Shown in pieces: positions 49,959-61,447 of a stretch of DNA of 64,000 nt. Each line of letters starts with the position of its first letter. The first letter of the stretch is position 1. The translations under genes were made by a program, and so were the position numbers. Under the pieces are notes generated by a model. That model had not been told where the DNA came from, ran no database searches, and worked only from the letters and a program-made list of their open reading frames with translations. Where the stretch lies: NCBI GenBank assembly GCA_016748015.1, contig JAAOMT010000597.1, positions 62,001 to 126,000 of the forward strand, written 5' to 3'. This DNA comes from Geosiphon pyriformis uo1. Lineage: Eukaryota > Fungi > Glomeromycota.

Positions 49959-52900
49959 TGTTATGGAATGGTTTTCTTGGTATATTTAATTGCTAATATC
50001 CCATTTTAATTACAATCAGTCTCTTATGAGTTTCTCAATTCTATTTGTGTAATAATGTTACTGTTATACTAAAGGCTTTCTCTTTAATGTCATGATGTAA
50101 GTTATTTCTCAATTCCTAATTGTTGTATGTGTTTATGTACTCCTTTTTAGAGGCTGAACTGAAATCTATCCACTGTTTGGGGTCTTCTCTGAAGCTATCT
50201 TTGCAATTGCCTAATGTGTTTCTCTAATCTAAAAACATAGAATGTTAATGGCCTTTAGTGCTTTTCCCTAATTCTTACAATAAAGCTTTTATTAATTAGT
50301 AACAATGTGAATAATCTTAATCAGAGATTATTCTTTCAAGGAATTCAACTGATAAATGATAGTTTCATTTAATAATTAACACATGTGAGTTTCTTACTAC
50401 TTTGGGGTTGTGATAATTCAGTTTTAAATATTCTTTTTCATTTTTTTTTGATTTAAAGGTTTCTTGGAATATTTAATTTAAAAGTACAATTTAAAGTGGA
50501 GTTTGTTGGATAAATTGGATCTATTGTTTGATAAGTTATGATTTTTTATTACTTGATTTTTTTTTTCAATATTAAAGCTACTGTATATATACATGTTTGT
50601 AGTTCTACGAGAAAACACATTGTAATACTTTCTTTTTAATATTTTAACCTGGTGTTTGCTGTTATCACCAGTTGGTGTTGGCTGCTATTGTAAACTGGTG
50701 CTTGCCACTATTGCGAGATGATGTTTTGCTACTATGTTAATCATTATCTTTCTAAGATTATTACTGTGCTATATTATAATTGAATAGTTTATATTATTTT
50801 TATGATTCTTTTGTTAAATTCTTAAATCATAATATTATCCACTCCTTTCAAGATTGAGCTCCATTGAAATTGAAGTTAATTTTTTCATTAAATTCTAAGT
50901 TACTATAGTGGTCCAATACTGTGTTATTAATTTGTTGTTGTAATTCTTGAAATTACAAGTTGGTAAGTCATCCAATACTGTTGGTTGTTATTATATTTAT
51001 GGTTGGGTCCAACAATAGTTTGTGACAATTTTCAAATGCTTTAAAAATTCTGTAAACTGTTTTTGAATGGAATATAGTGTTGGTTTTTCCAATAAAAAGG
51101 TTCTAATAGTTGAATTATTGTTTTGTCAAACACTCTAGTTAAGTCTTTTGAGTATAATGTTTATATGTTCAAGTGCTTTCCTAGTTGATAATAATAGTAG
51201 TTAATTGGAAATTTTGTTTTCAAGTTGCTAAATGTGTCTGGTATTAATTCACTTATTTCTATTTTTTCTATTATTAATGTATTGTCCAATGCTATCTCTA
51301 ATTTTTCAATAACTTTGCTGATAAATTTGTTGTTATGTTTGGTAATATTATATGGTTCAAAATTATGTTTTTTTCTTGTTTTTGGATTTTCTATTGTTCT
51401 TTTTATGTATGTTATTTTGGAACTATTAACTGTGATTTTTAGATCAGATTTTAATTGTTGTAAGCTTTCAACTAATTATTGAGCTATATTGTTAATGTTT
51501 TCTGGAATAAGTATTATTGTTTTAATTTTGACTGCTATTTTAGAATCTTTTGCATGTGTTTTTATGGTTGTTAAATCATTTTTGCTGTGATCTAAGATTA
51601 ATTATCTTTTTGAATAATGTTCAATTAAAATTATTGGTTCTAAATCTCGTGGAATTTGTTCTGGTAGAATTAAAAGTAATTGTGTTCCAATTCTGGGTGT
51701 TTTTGTTGTTATTACTGGTTTACTGTAATAGAATTTCAGCTGGTTATCATGTGCTGCTTTTCTTAATATTTTATCATCTAGTCTTAGCTTATATGCTTCA
51801 TTTCCAAGTATTTCATGAATATAAAATAGTCTATCCTACTTGTAATCAAATTTTCCACTCAATTGTTTTTCCATTTTTGTATGATGCAACAATACTTTAT
51901 CTTCAATTTTGTAGCTAATTATATTATCTGGTAACTGGTTATTATGTCTCACTTTTTGTTGTTCTTGTAATTGTTCAATATTTTGTGCTGCTTTTTTTCT
52001 TTTGTTTTTTAAAGTTTCCATTAATTTGTATGTTCTTTTAAGTAGTGTTTCCTGGAATGTTGTTTCAGTGATAGTGTCATTTGGATAAGTTGGAATAGTA
52101 AGTTCAACTAGTAATGTGGCTTTTCTTCCATAAACTAGTTTAAATAGTGTGAATTGTGTAGTATCTTGTTTTACTGTTCTATATGCTAGTAGTACTGCTG
52201 GTATAAATAAATCTCATTCTTTTTCATGTTCATTACTAATTTTTGCCAGTAATTTACATAATGTGTGATTAAATCTTTCAACTAATCTATTTGTTTGTGG
52301 GTGATATGATGATGACAGTGGTCACTTAATTTCAAATTTTTGGCTAAGTTCTTTTAAGATGCTGTTTATGAAGTGTGTGCCTTGATCTGATAACAATTCT
52401 TGTGGACATCTATGCTGGCAAATTAAGTCTTTATGTACGAATTGAGCTATGGAAATAGCATCAGCTGTTTTAATAGCTCTAGCTTTTGGCCATTTGGTGA
52501 GATAGTCCACAGCTACTGCAATATAATAGTTGTTTCTTGTTGTTATTGGTAAGGGTCCAACTAAATCAATTTCAATTCTGTCAAATAGCTGTCCAACTTT
52601 TATTGGTCTTAATAATTCCATTGTTTTTGCTCCTTCTCTTTATTGACATGGGTCACAATTTTTTATGTATTGGATTATGTCTGAACTTATTTTTAGCCAA
52701 TAGTAACGGCTAATTGCACACTGGATGGTTGCTGTTTTTCCAAAGTGGCCTGAATAAATATCTGAGTGCATGTTAAATAAAATAGTTTCTTTTTCATCCA
52801 TGGTTATAACTTTTAATGGATTATCTGGATTTTGTTAATTTCAGTAATAAAGTATGTGATTTTAGATAAAATAGTGTTTTGCTAATTTTTGGAACTTAAT

Positions 52901-55900
52901 TAGCTCTTTTACTGGCATTTCTTTATCTATTTGTAGTGTTTCCAAGTATTGGCTGAGGTTTTTGTAAAGGTGGTTGTTTATTGTTGTTGTGGTGGGTAGA
53001 TTGGTAATTTTTATGTGTGTCTCATTCTTAACAAACAGTCAGCATTAGCATTTTTGGTACCTTCTTTGTATTTGATAATATAATTATATAGTGCTAACAT
53101 TTGTGACCATCTGGCATATTTTCCTTTCAGTGCTTTTTTGTTATTTAATCAGATCAGACCTCTATGATCTGTGGTAATCTCAAAGAGTTGGTACCATAAA
53201 TATGTGTCAAAGTAAACACAACTCCAAACTACTGCTAAGCATTTAAGTTTATGTGCTGTATAGTTTTGCTCTACCATACTGAGACTTCTGTTGGTATAAG
53301 CAATTACACATTCTCTTCCATTATTATTTTTTTATAACAGAATGGTTTCAAGTTCAGTTTCAGAGACATCTGTGGCCAAAATGAATTTCTTGTTGAAATT
53401 TGAATAGATTATTATTGGTGATTCAATAAGCTTTTGTTTAAGGTACTCAAAAGCTTTTTGTTGTGCTTCAATCCATTCAAATTTCACATTTTTAGATAGT
53501 AGGTAATTAAGAGGTTTGGCGATATTTGAAAAGTTTTCTACAAAGTGGCAGTAGTAAGATGTGAGTTCTAAAAAGCTTCTAACTTCTGAAATGTTTCGAG
53601 GTACTGGAAAATTTTTCACTTTGTCTATTTTTAATGGATCTGGTTTTATTTCATCTTTTCCAACTATGTGTCCTAAAAATGCTAACTCATTTTTTCCAAA
53701 GAAACATTTTTCTAGATTTAGTTTAAGTCCAGCATGTCTCAATCTCTTAAAAACTTGTTGCAAATATTGAAGATGATCTGTGAATTTTGATGAAAAAACA
53801 TTTGTATCATCCAAGTAAACAACAACAGATTGCCACAGAATTCCAGAGTAAATTACGTCTATTAGTTTTTGGAATGTCACAGAAGCATTTGTCAATCCAA
53901 ATGGCATTACATTGAACTTATAATTGCCATTTTGTGTTGTGAATGCTGTTTTATGCCTGTTTTTTGGGTTCATTTCCACTTGCCAGTACCTACTGGTCAA
54001 GTCCAATGTAGAAAACCATTTTGCTCCTCCAAAAATGTTGAAAATTTTATCAATTAATGGTATTGAGTATGAGTCTTTGGTTGTTTTGCTGTTTAGTTTG
54101 TGATGATTAATGCAAAATCTAATTTTTCCATTCTTTTTCCTTACTAAAACAATTGGTAAAAACTATGGGCTCATTGATGATTGGATTATTCCTTTTTCCA
54201 ACATGCTTTGGACTTCTTCTCTGATAAAATTATGCTCTATTGGTAGGACATGGTAAGTGCGTTGTTTTTCAGGTCTGGCGTCTTCAGTAGAGATTTGGTG
54301 TTAAACCAAGTTGGTTCTTCCAAATTTGCTATTTTGTGAAAATATATCAGAGTATTTTAAAATTAATGCTTTTAATTGTCACTGTTGGTCAGGATCCATT
54401 GTTTTAATGTTTAATTTGGCCAATTTTTCTGGCGTAAATTGATAGCATTCCAACAGTTGTTGCCAATTTATTGAAGTAAGTTCACAGTAAAAGGCAATTT
54501 CTGGGAAATTTAGAATTTCTTGTGGTGTTGACACATTTTCTAGCTCCGTTCCAAAGTATCCAATAATGGTATCTTCCAGAATATAGATGGGTTTTTCTGT
54601 AGTGTTTGCAATAAAAATTTTTATCCATTGAGCTTTATCAGCTGGAATAAAAAAGTTAGTAAGTTCTATAAGAAACTGTTGGCAAGTTTCTAGGTAGGGC
54701 TCAAATATTAGGTCTTTTTCTTTAATTGTTCTTTTTATTCTTATTTCTGATTTTTTATATGGTAGAAGTGTAATGAACTGCTCAGTTTTAATTACTTCAC
54801 CTTTTTTTTTTATTGTTTCAGCGAAATTTGCTTCAATTTCTTTTCCTGTCGATCCGAAACCAAAAGTTCTTCTCGTTGTTTGTAATAATTCCTCACAATT
54901 TTCCACTGGCATGAATTTCTCAATTTTTACCAATGGTAAAAAAATTGCTTGTGCAATTTTTTCCTTAGATTCAATGGTATAAAGCTTTTCTGAATTGTTC
55001 TGTAGCAAAACCATCAAATTTTCAGTGTATTCAGAATCAATTATTCTTCCTTGAATGCTTATTCTTTTTTTCACAAGGCTTAATTGCAATGCTATTTGAA
55101 TCATTGTTTTTGGCAGAATTTCAACTGCTATTTTCAGGTCAATTTTGGTGATGCTTCTGAGTGGTAATATTGTGGATTTTTCTTTTAGATAACATAGATC
55201 AAATCTGGCATCAGTTGAATGGACTCTTTTGGATATTATTCCTAAGTGCCCATTGTCAAAGTATTGGATGTCAATAATCTGTTCTAGGTTGGTATAAGCT
55301 ACAAATTTCTCTGACCCAGGACTGTCAGGTGAGTCTTGTTGATTTATTGATTGATTTTGAGATTGCTGATTCTCAATTTTTATTTTTTTTTCTAAGTCCC
55401 TTTCATCTTGACACTTTTCACAGCACTGATTTTGGCATGAGATAAGACAGTTTTCACAAAGGTAAGTGTTGATTTGGGTGAGATATTGTTTTTGCTTTTG
55501 TTGAGTAGGACATAGTTGTTGGTAGTAGTCCTGGAATTTGTCCACTGGGTTAAACATGTGTAGTTGGTGACTTTGTTGGCTACTTTGGCTGACTTTTTCT
55601 AACATTGTATTTCTTTGGCAGTTTTTCCTCTTACTTTGGTCTGTGTGGTGTTGTACAACTCATCCTTGTCATGTGAGTAGTGCTGTAGTCTTTTTAATGC
55701 TCTGTTGAATGTTGCTTTGAATGGCATTCCTTCTCTTACCCAGTCACAGATAAGAATCGTGTATTAACAAGTTGTGTTACACATTCCTACTCTGCTTGGT
55801 ATGTTGTTCCAGTCACACCCTCTTGGTAATAGTTCTCCACAAGCGAGGCATGGTTCCTCATTCCATTTTCTGTGTCTTTCTGAGTAACCGTATTTTTCTT

Positions 55901-56074
55901 TGTTACAACAGTTACAATAGTAGTGGGTGGGGTTTCTTGGATCTTCATTTGGTGTGCTGCATACAATTATAGATGAGAGTTTCTTCTTGCAAATCGAGCA
56001 TTCTAGCTTTGGTTTGCGTCACTAATGGTTTCTTCATGGACTTACCTGGTTCCATTCGGATTTTTCTTCGCTGG
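49959..56074 (-). mobile_element. LTR element D, 3' part (3' LTR 49959-50834, PPT, ORF3, integrase, RT/RNase H, dUTPase, Cys-rich domain); interrupted by E
   Basis: TGTTATG...CATAA(T)A LTR and PPT GAAAGGAGTGGATAA. ORFs 52322-52621 (integrase), 53332-54006 (YLDD) and 54379-55605 (DARFDL, GRIIDSEY, TFGFGSTG). Confidence 0.92.
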
Positions 56075-56974
56075 TGTTACAGATGATGTCTTTGAGATTC
56101 TAAGTGAATAACAAACCCGTAACTTGGTGTGCAAAGCAATTGGTGATGATGATAATCTGAAAGTATTTTATCTGAAGGTTTTCTAATCAAGTTCTTTGTA
56201 TAATAGACAGAGATTCAATGGTAACAGTTTATTAGTAGTTTCCTGAAACTGTAATTTTGTTGATTGCTTGCTTAGCTTGATGGTTGATGATTCTTTTAGT
56301 ATGATATCCTCTATAAGTGTATACTAGTGCTGTTTCCTGACGTCAGTTCCTCCATAAGTCCTCCAAGAGTAAGTATTGTTTAAGCAAGTTTATTCCTCCA
56401 TAAGTTCTTCAAGAGTAAGTATTGTTAAGTAAGTTTTATTCCTCCATAAGTCCTCCAAGAGTAAATCTTTTAATCAAGTTAGCAGACAACAAAGAAAATA
56501 AAGAAAAGATAAAAGAGAAAATAAGAAATAAGCCAAGGCAATTTGCAAGTTAGTATCCCATCAATAGCCATGATCAAGAGCTATTGTTTCAATATGATTA
56601 AGTATCTGTTACTATCAACATAAAGTGTTGATAGTGAAGAATGAATTTAATATAGTGAATAATTATTTATTTAAGGATTGTGGTAACTAAGCTAAGGATT
56701 CTTGGTGTTGATTCTGTTTTTTCTGCTTCTAATGCTACTGTTATATATACATATTTGAGATTCCTCAATTCTTCAATTTTTTGCAACAGGAATTCTGGAA
56801 TTCTGGAATCCTGCGATTTCTCACTGGAGAATCCTGAAACTCCTGGAATCCTGCAATTCCTCTGAGAGAAATCTTGGAATTTCACATTTACTATGTCTAC
56901 TTCTGATTGGCTAATCTCTACTTGCTAATAATAATATACTTCCTTTATTCTATGAATAACATTATTTTCTTCTT

Positions 56975-57634
56975 TTAATATTGAGCTTCATCAAAATCTA
57001 ACTCTTTTAATTGCCCCTCTTGAATTATTTCTTGAACTTCTTTTTTGAGTATTACTTGTGTTATTTGAGTTTGTAGTTCTTCAAATTGGGCATTGGTCAT
57101 TTTTCCCAATTGATTACTCATAACTGTATCCATTGCTGTGTTGAATAAGATTTCTGGTTGGTCTTGAAATCCCATATATAGCCAGTAAATGGCTCAAGCT
57201 TGTGTAGTTAGATTGTTCTTTTCCACAAATTGTTCTAGTTGTCTTAGTATTGTTGTGTCAAATAACTGTTTTGTTTTGTTGGTATACAAATTCTGGATAT
57301 TTATGTGTTGTCCCAAGTGAAAATGACAATAGTTTTTTGGAAATTGTTGCATCCACCAAGTCCAAGTTTCTCCAGTAAGTTCTTGGTGTAATTTGACTAT
57401 TTGTTGTTCTTTTATGGCCAATTTTACCTTGGTCATAATCTTGTCAACAAAATTTTCAAGTTTTCTCTGTACTTTGTGTTGTGGTATCCTTGTAGTACTT
57501 TTGTATTGAATGGTTTGTTGATTGATTGTAATTTCTATCTCCTAATGTTGGATTAATTGAAAGATTTGTTGTGTTAATGAATAGATGTTGTCAGTAATTT
57601 CCATTTTTCTGCATTTTTCCATCACATCGACCAT
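56975..57634 (-). pseudogene. Element E extra ORF3, best-preserved copy (220 codons, two internal stops)
   Basis: ATG at 57634 is 24 nt after the integrase stop. ORF pieces 57194-57436 and 56975-57175 are in the same frame and end DFDEAQY* at the PPT. Confidence 0.8.
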
Positions 57635-60600
57635 GTCTTTATATATTCTTTCTGTCGATCAATTGGATGTGTTGTTATCAATGATGATGATTGGTTTCAG
57701 ATCTCGTGGAATCTCATTTGGTTGGACTAGTATTCTCTGTACTCCCAGTTGTGGAATATTACTGGTAGATGATAATGCTATATGGTGGTATGGTTTCAGT
57801 CGATCTCCATATGCTACTTTGGTCAAGATTTTGTTATTCAATCTTAATTTGTAAGCTCCATTTCCTAGAATTTCTTCTATGTGAAATGGTCCGTCCCATT
57901 TGAAGTCAAATTTTCCACTCCATTGTTTTTCCACTTTGATATGATGTAGTAGTACTTTGTCTCCAATTTTGAATTCAACTGGTTTATCTGATAGTTGGTT
58001 ATCATGTCTTTCTTTTTGTTTCTTTTGTGACTTTTGTATGTTATCAGCTGCTTTCCGTCATTTGTTTTCTAATGTTTCCATTAAGTCATATGTTTTTTTC
58101 AACAATGTGTTTTTGAAATTTTCTTCTGTTATTGGTTCAGTTGGGTATGTGCTGACTTCTATTTCCACTGGTAGTGTTGCTGTTCTACCATATACTAATT
58201 CAAATAGTGTTGCTTGTGTAGTATCTTGCTTCATTGTCCAATAAGCAAATAGTACTAATGGTATCAACAAATCCCAATCATTCTGGTTTTCTTGGTTGAG
58301 CTTAGCTATTGCTTTACACAATGTTTTGTTGAATCTTTTGACTAATCCATTGGTTTGTGGATGGTATGGTGATGATAATGGTCTCTTAATTCCGAATCTT
58401 TGGCTCAATTTTGTTAATGTTCTGTTTACAAAATGAGTTCCTTGGCCTGATAATAATTCTTTTGGACATCCATGTCGACAAATCAAATCCTAATGAACAA
58501 ATTCGACAACAAATTCTACATCTGTTCTTTGAATTGCTTTTGCCTTTGGCCATTTAGTGAGATAGTCCATGGCTACTGCTATGTATCTGTTTCCTCTGCT
58601 GGTAATTGTTAATGGTCCGACTAAATCAATTCCAATATAGTCGAATGGTTGTCTCACTTTGATTGGTTTTAATAGTTCACTGGGTCTTGTTCCTCCTCTT
58701 TACTGACAAGCATCACAATTTTGAACATATTGAATGATGTCTGGATACATTGATGGCCAATAGTATCTTTTTCTGGTTCTTTCCATGGTTGCTTCTTTGT
58801 GAAAGTGTCCTGCTGTTGGATTTGAGTGCATGTTAAATAATATTGTCTCTTTTTCTGGCTCTGTAATTACTTTGATTGGTTGATCTAGATTTTTTCTATT
58901 TTTCTGATAAAATATATTTTGGTAAGTGATAAAATATTTTGATTGTTGTTTGATACTCTTTTGTTCTATTTGAGATAAATTCTCCTTGAACTGTTAAATG
59001 TTTATATAATGTTAAAGTTGTTGATATTTTTGTATGTTTATCTTTTGTTATATTTTCGTTGGTATTGTTCTGGTTTTGTTATATTTTGGGTTTGAGATGT
59101 TCTTAGATTTGTCTTATTTGTGACAAACTGTCAGCATTTCCATTGTCTTTTCCTTTCTTATAGTGTATAGTATAAGTATATCATGAGAGTGCCATTTTTT
59201 ATTTGGATTGGCGGCCATTATCAAATTCTTGCTTTTGAAGTGATGTTAACCCTTTATGATCTGTGTATATATCAAACTTTTGGCTCAAGTATTCATTCCA
59301 CTTTATGACTGCCCAATAAATTGCTAAATGTTCTAGTTCTGGTGTTTCATAGTTCTTTTTGGCTGGTGTTAGACCTCAGCTGGCATATGCTACTGAATGT
59401 TCTCTGCTGTCTGGTCTCTTCTGAGATAGTACTGCTCCTAATGCTTGGCCTAATGCATTAATAATAATGATAAATGGTTTGTTGTAATCTGAGTAGATTA
59501 GTACTGGAGCTTGAATAAGCTTTCTTTTCAAAATATCAAAAGCTTTTTGTTGACTTTCTGTCCATTCATATTTTGTATTTTTGGTTTGCAGATTATTGAA
59601 CAGTTGAGTTATCTTTGAAAAGTTCTTTATAAAGCATTAATAATAGCTTGCGAATTCCAAGAATAATTTCAATTTAGTCATATTGGTTGGTACTGGAAAG
59701 TTCTTTACTATTTCTATTTTCTTTGGATCTGTTTTAATGTTGTCTTTGCTAACTATGTGTTCTAAAAATTTTAGTTTTGTCTTGCTGAAGAAGCACTTTG
59801 TTGTATTTAACTTTAGTTCTGTTCTTCTTAGCTTTTTGAACATTTGTTGAAGATGATGAAGATGATCATCAAATGTTTTTGAGAATACATTGGTGTCATC
59901 CAAGTATACAACTACTGATTTCCACAATAAGCCAGTATAAATGATTTCTATTAGCCATTGAAAAGTGGCTGGGGTGTTGGTTAAGCCAAAGGGCATTACT
60001 TCAAATTCGAAATTGCCTTCTCTAGTGGTGAATGCCATTTTCTTTTTGTCAGCTGGATCCATGGCTACTTGCCAGTAATCACTGTTCAAGTCTAATGTTG
60101 AGAACCATTTGTTTCTGCTGAAAGCATCAAATAATTCTTGTATTCTTGGGGTTGAATAATTGTCTTCACAAGTTACACCATTGAGTTTCTTGTAGTCCAC
60201 ACAAAATCGGATTTTTTTATTTTTCTTTTAGACAAGTACTACTGGTGATGACCATGAGTTCATTGATGGTTGAATTAGCCCATTGTTAAACATTTGGTTT
60301 ATCTCTTGATAAATGATCTCATGGCTAGCTAGTGGTACTCTGTATGCTCTTTGTTTAATTGGCATTGTATCTTCAGTCTTGATCTGATGCTGGATGATGT
60401 CAGTTCGGCCAAACTCATTTTCGCTGGCAAAGATGTCATTAAAATTGTTGAGCAATATCTTAAGCTGCATACATTGGAGTGGATCTAAGTTTTCTATGTT
60501 CATTTGTTCCAATTGCTCTGATTAAAGCAAATAACATTTGTTTCGTTTATATATTGTTTGTGATGTAATATCAACATATCCACAAAGCTGTGGAAAGTCT

Positions 60601-60937
60601 GGAATGGTGCTTGGTGGTTAATCCTCTATTTCAGTGCTTAAGTATCCAATAGTAGTTTCGGTTGGTATTATTATAACATTTTCTGTGTTATTGTAGATGG
60701 AAATTTTGATGTGGCTGTAATCTTTAACTGGTATATAGAGATTGATAAGTCCAATCTCTCCTGATTCACAAAGAGTTGGTTCTGCTTCAAAAATCTGATT
60801 CTGTTTTTTTACTTCTCGCTTTATCTCTACCATGTACTGACTATATGGTGGAATAGAAATTGCTTGACCTATTGAGATAATTTCTCTTTGGTCAACAATT
60901 TTTTTTTCTGCCATATTGACTGGTATATCTATTTTAC

Positions 60938-61328
60938 CCATTGATCCAAATTCCTGTATTCCTCTTGTTGTTATTTCTAATTCCTCCCTATTTCTTACTA
61001 ATACTAACTGAGCTATTTTCACCAGAGGCAGAAATATTGCCTGTGCTATTTTTTCATTTGGCTCTATAATATAGGCCTTTTTAGAGTTATTTTGTAGCAT
61101 AGCAATGATATTTTCTTCATATCTTGCATCAATTATTCCTCCTTTTATATTAATTTCTCTTTTTGCTAAACTACTCCTAGATGCTAGTTGAATCATTGTT
61201 TTTGCTGGAATTTCCAGTGCTACTTTCAGATCTATGCAGGTGCGCAAATGTGGTTCCAATTTTATAACATCTTTTCCAGAATATCTCAGATCAAACCTGG
61301 TATCAGTATTGTGTGCACATTCTGGCAT
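60938..61328 (-). pseudogene. dUTPase domain of element E
   Basis: DTRFDL, ASRSSLA, GGIIDARY, EKIAQAIF, RGIQEFGSMG. Confidence 0.92.
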
Positions 61329-61447
61329 GATACCTTCATTATTGTCACTATACTATTTCAACTCCTGTTCTTTGGAGAGGTCTGGCAGTGCAATGTATTG
61401 TTCATATTTTGGGTCAGAGTTTGAATCTGAGTTGGAATTGTCATTGT

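Larger units (their letters stand above)
56075..61447 (-). mobile_element. LTR element E, 3' part (3' LTR 56075-56961, ORF3, integrase, RT/RNase H, dUTPase); interrupted by F
   Basis: TGTTAC...ATAACA LTR related to the A/B LTRs. ORFs 57659-58486 (integrase, KWDGPF), 59637-60512 (YLDD) and 60618-61328 (dUTPase). Confidence 0.93.

Noticed and set aside
56975-57634. ORF3 as an envelope gene or chromodomain
   Set aside because: No signal peptide, transmembrane stretch or chromodomain-like motif is visible.
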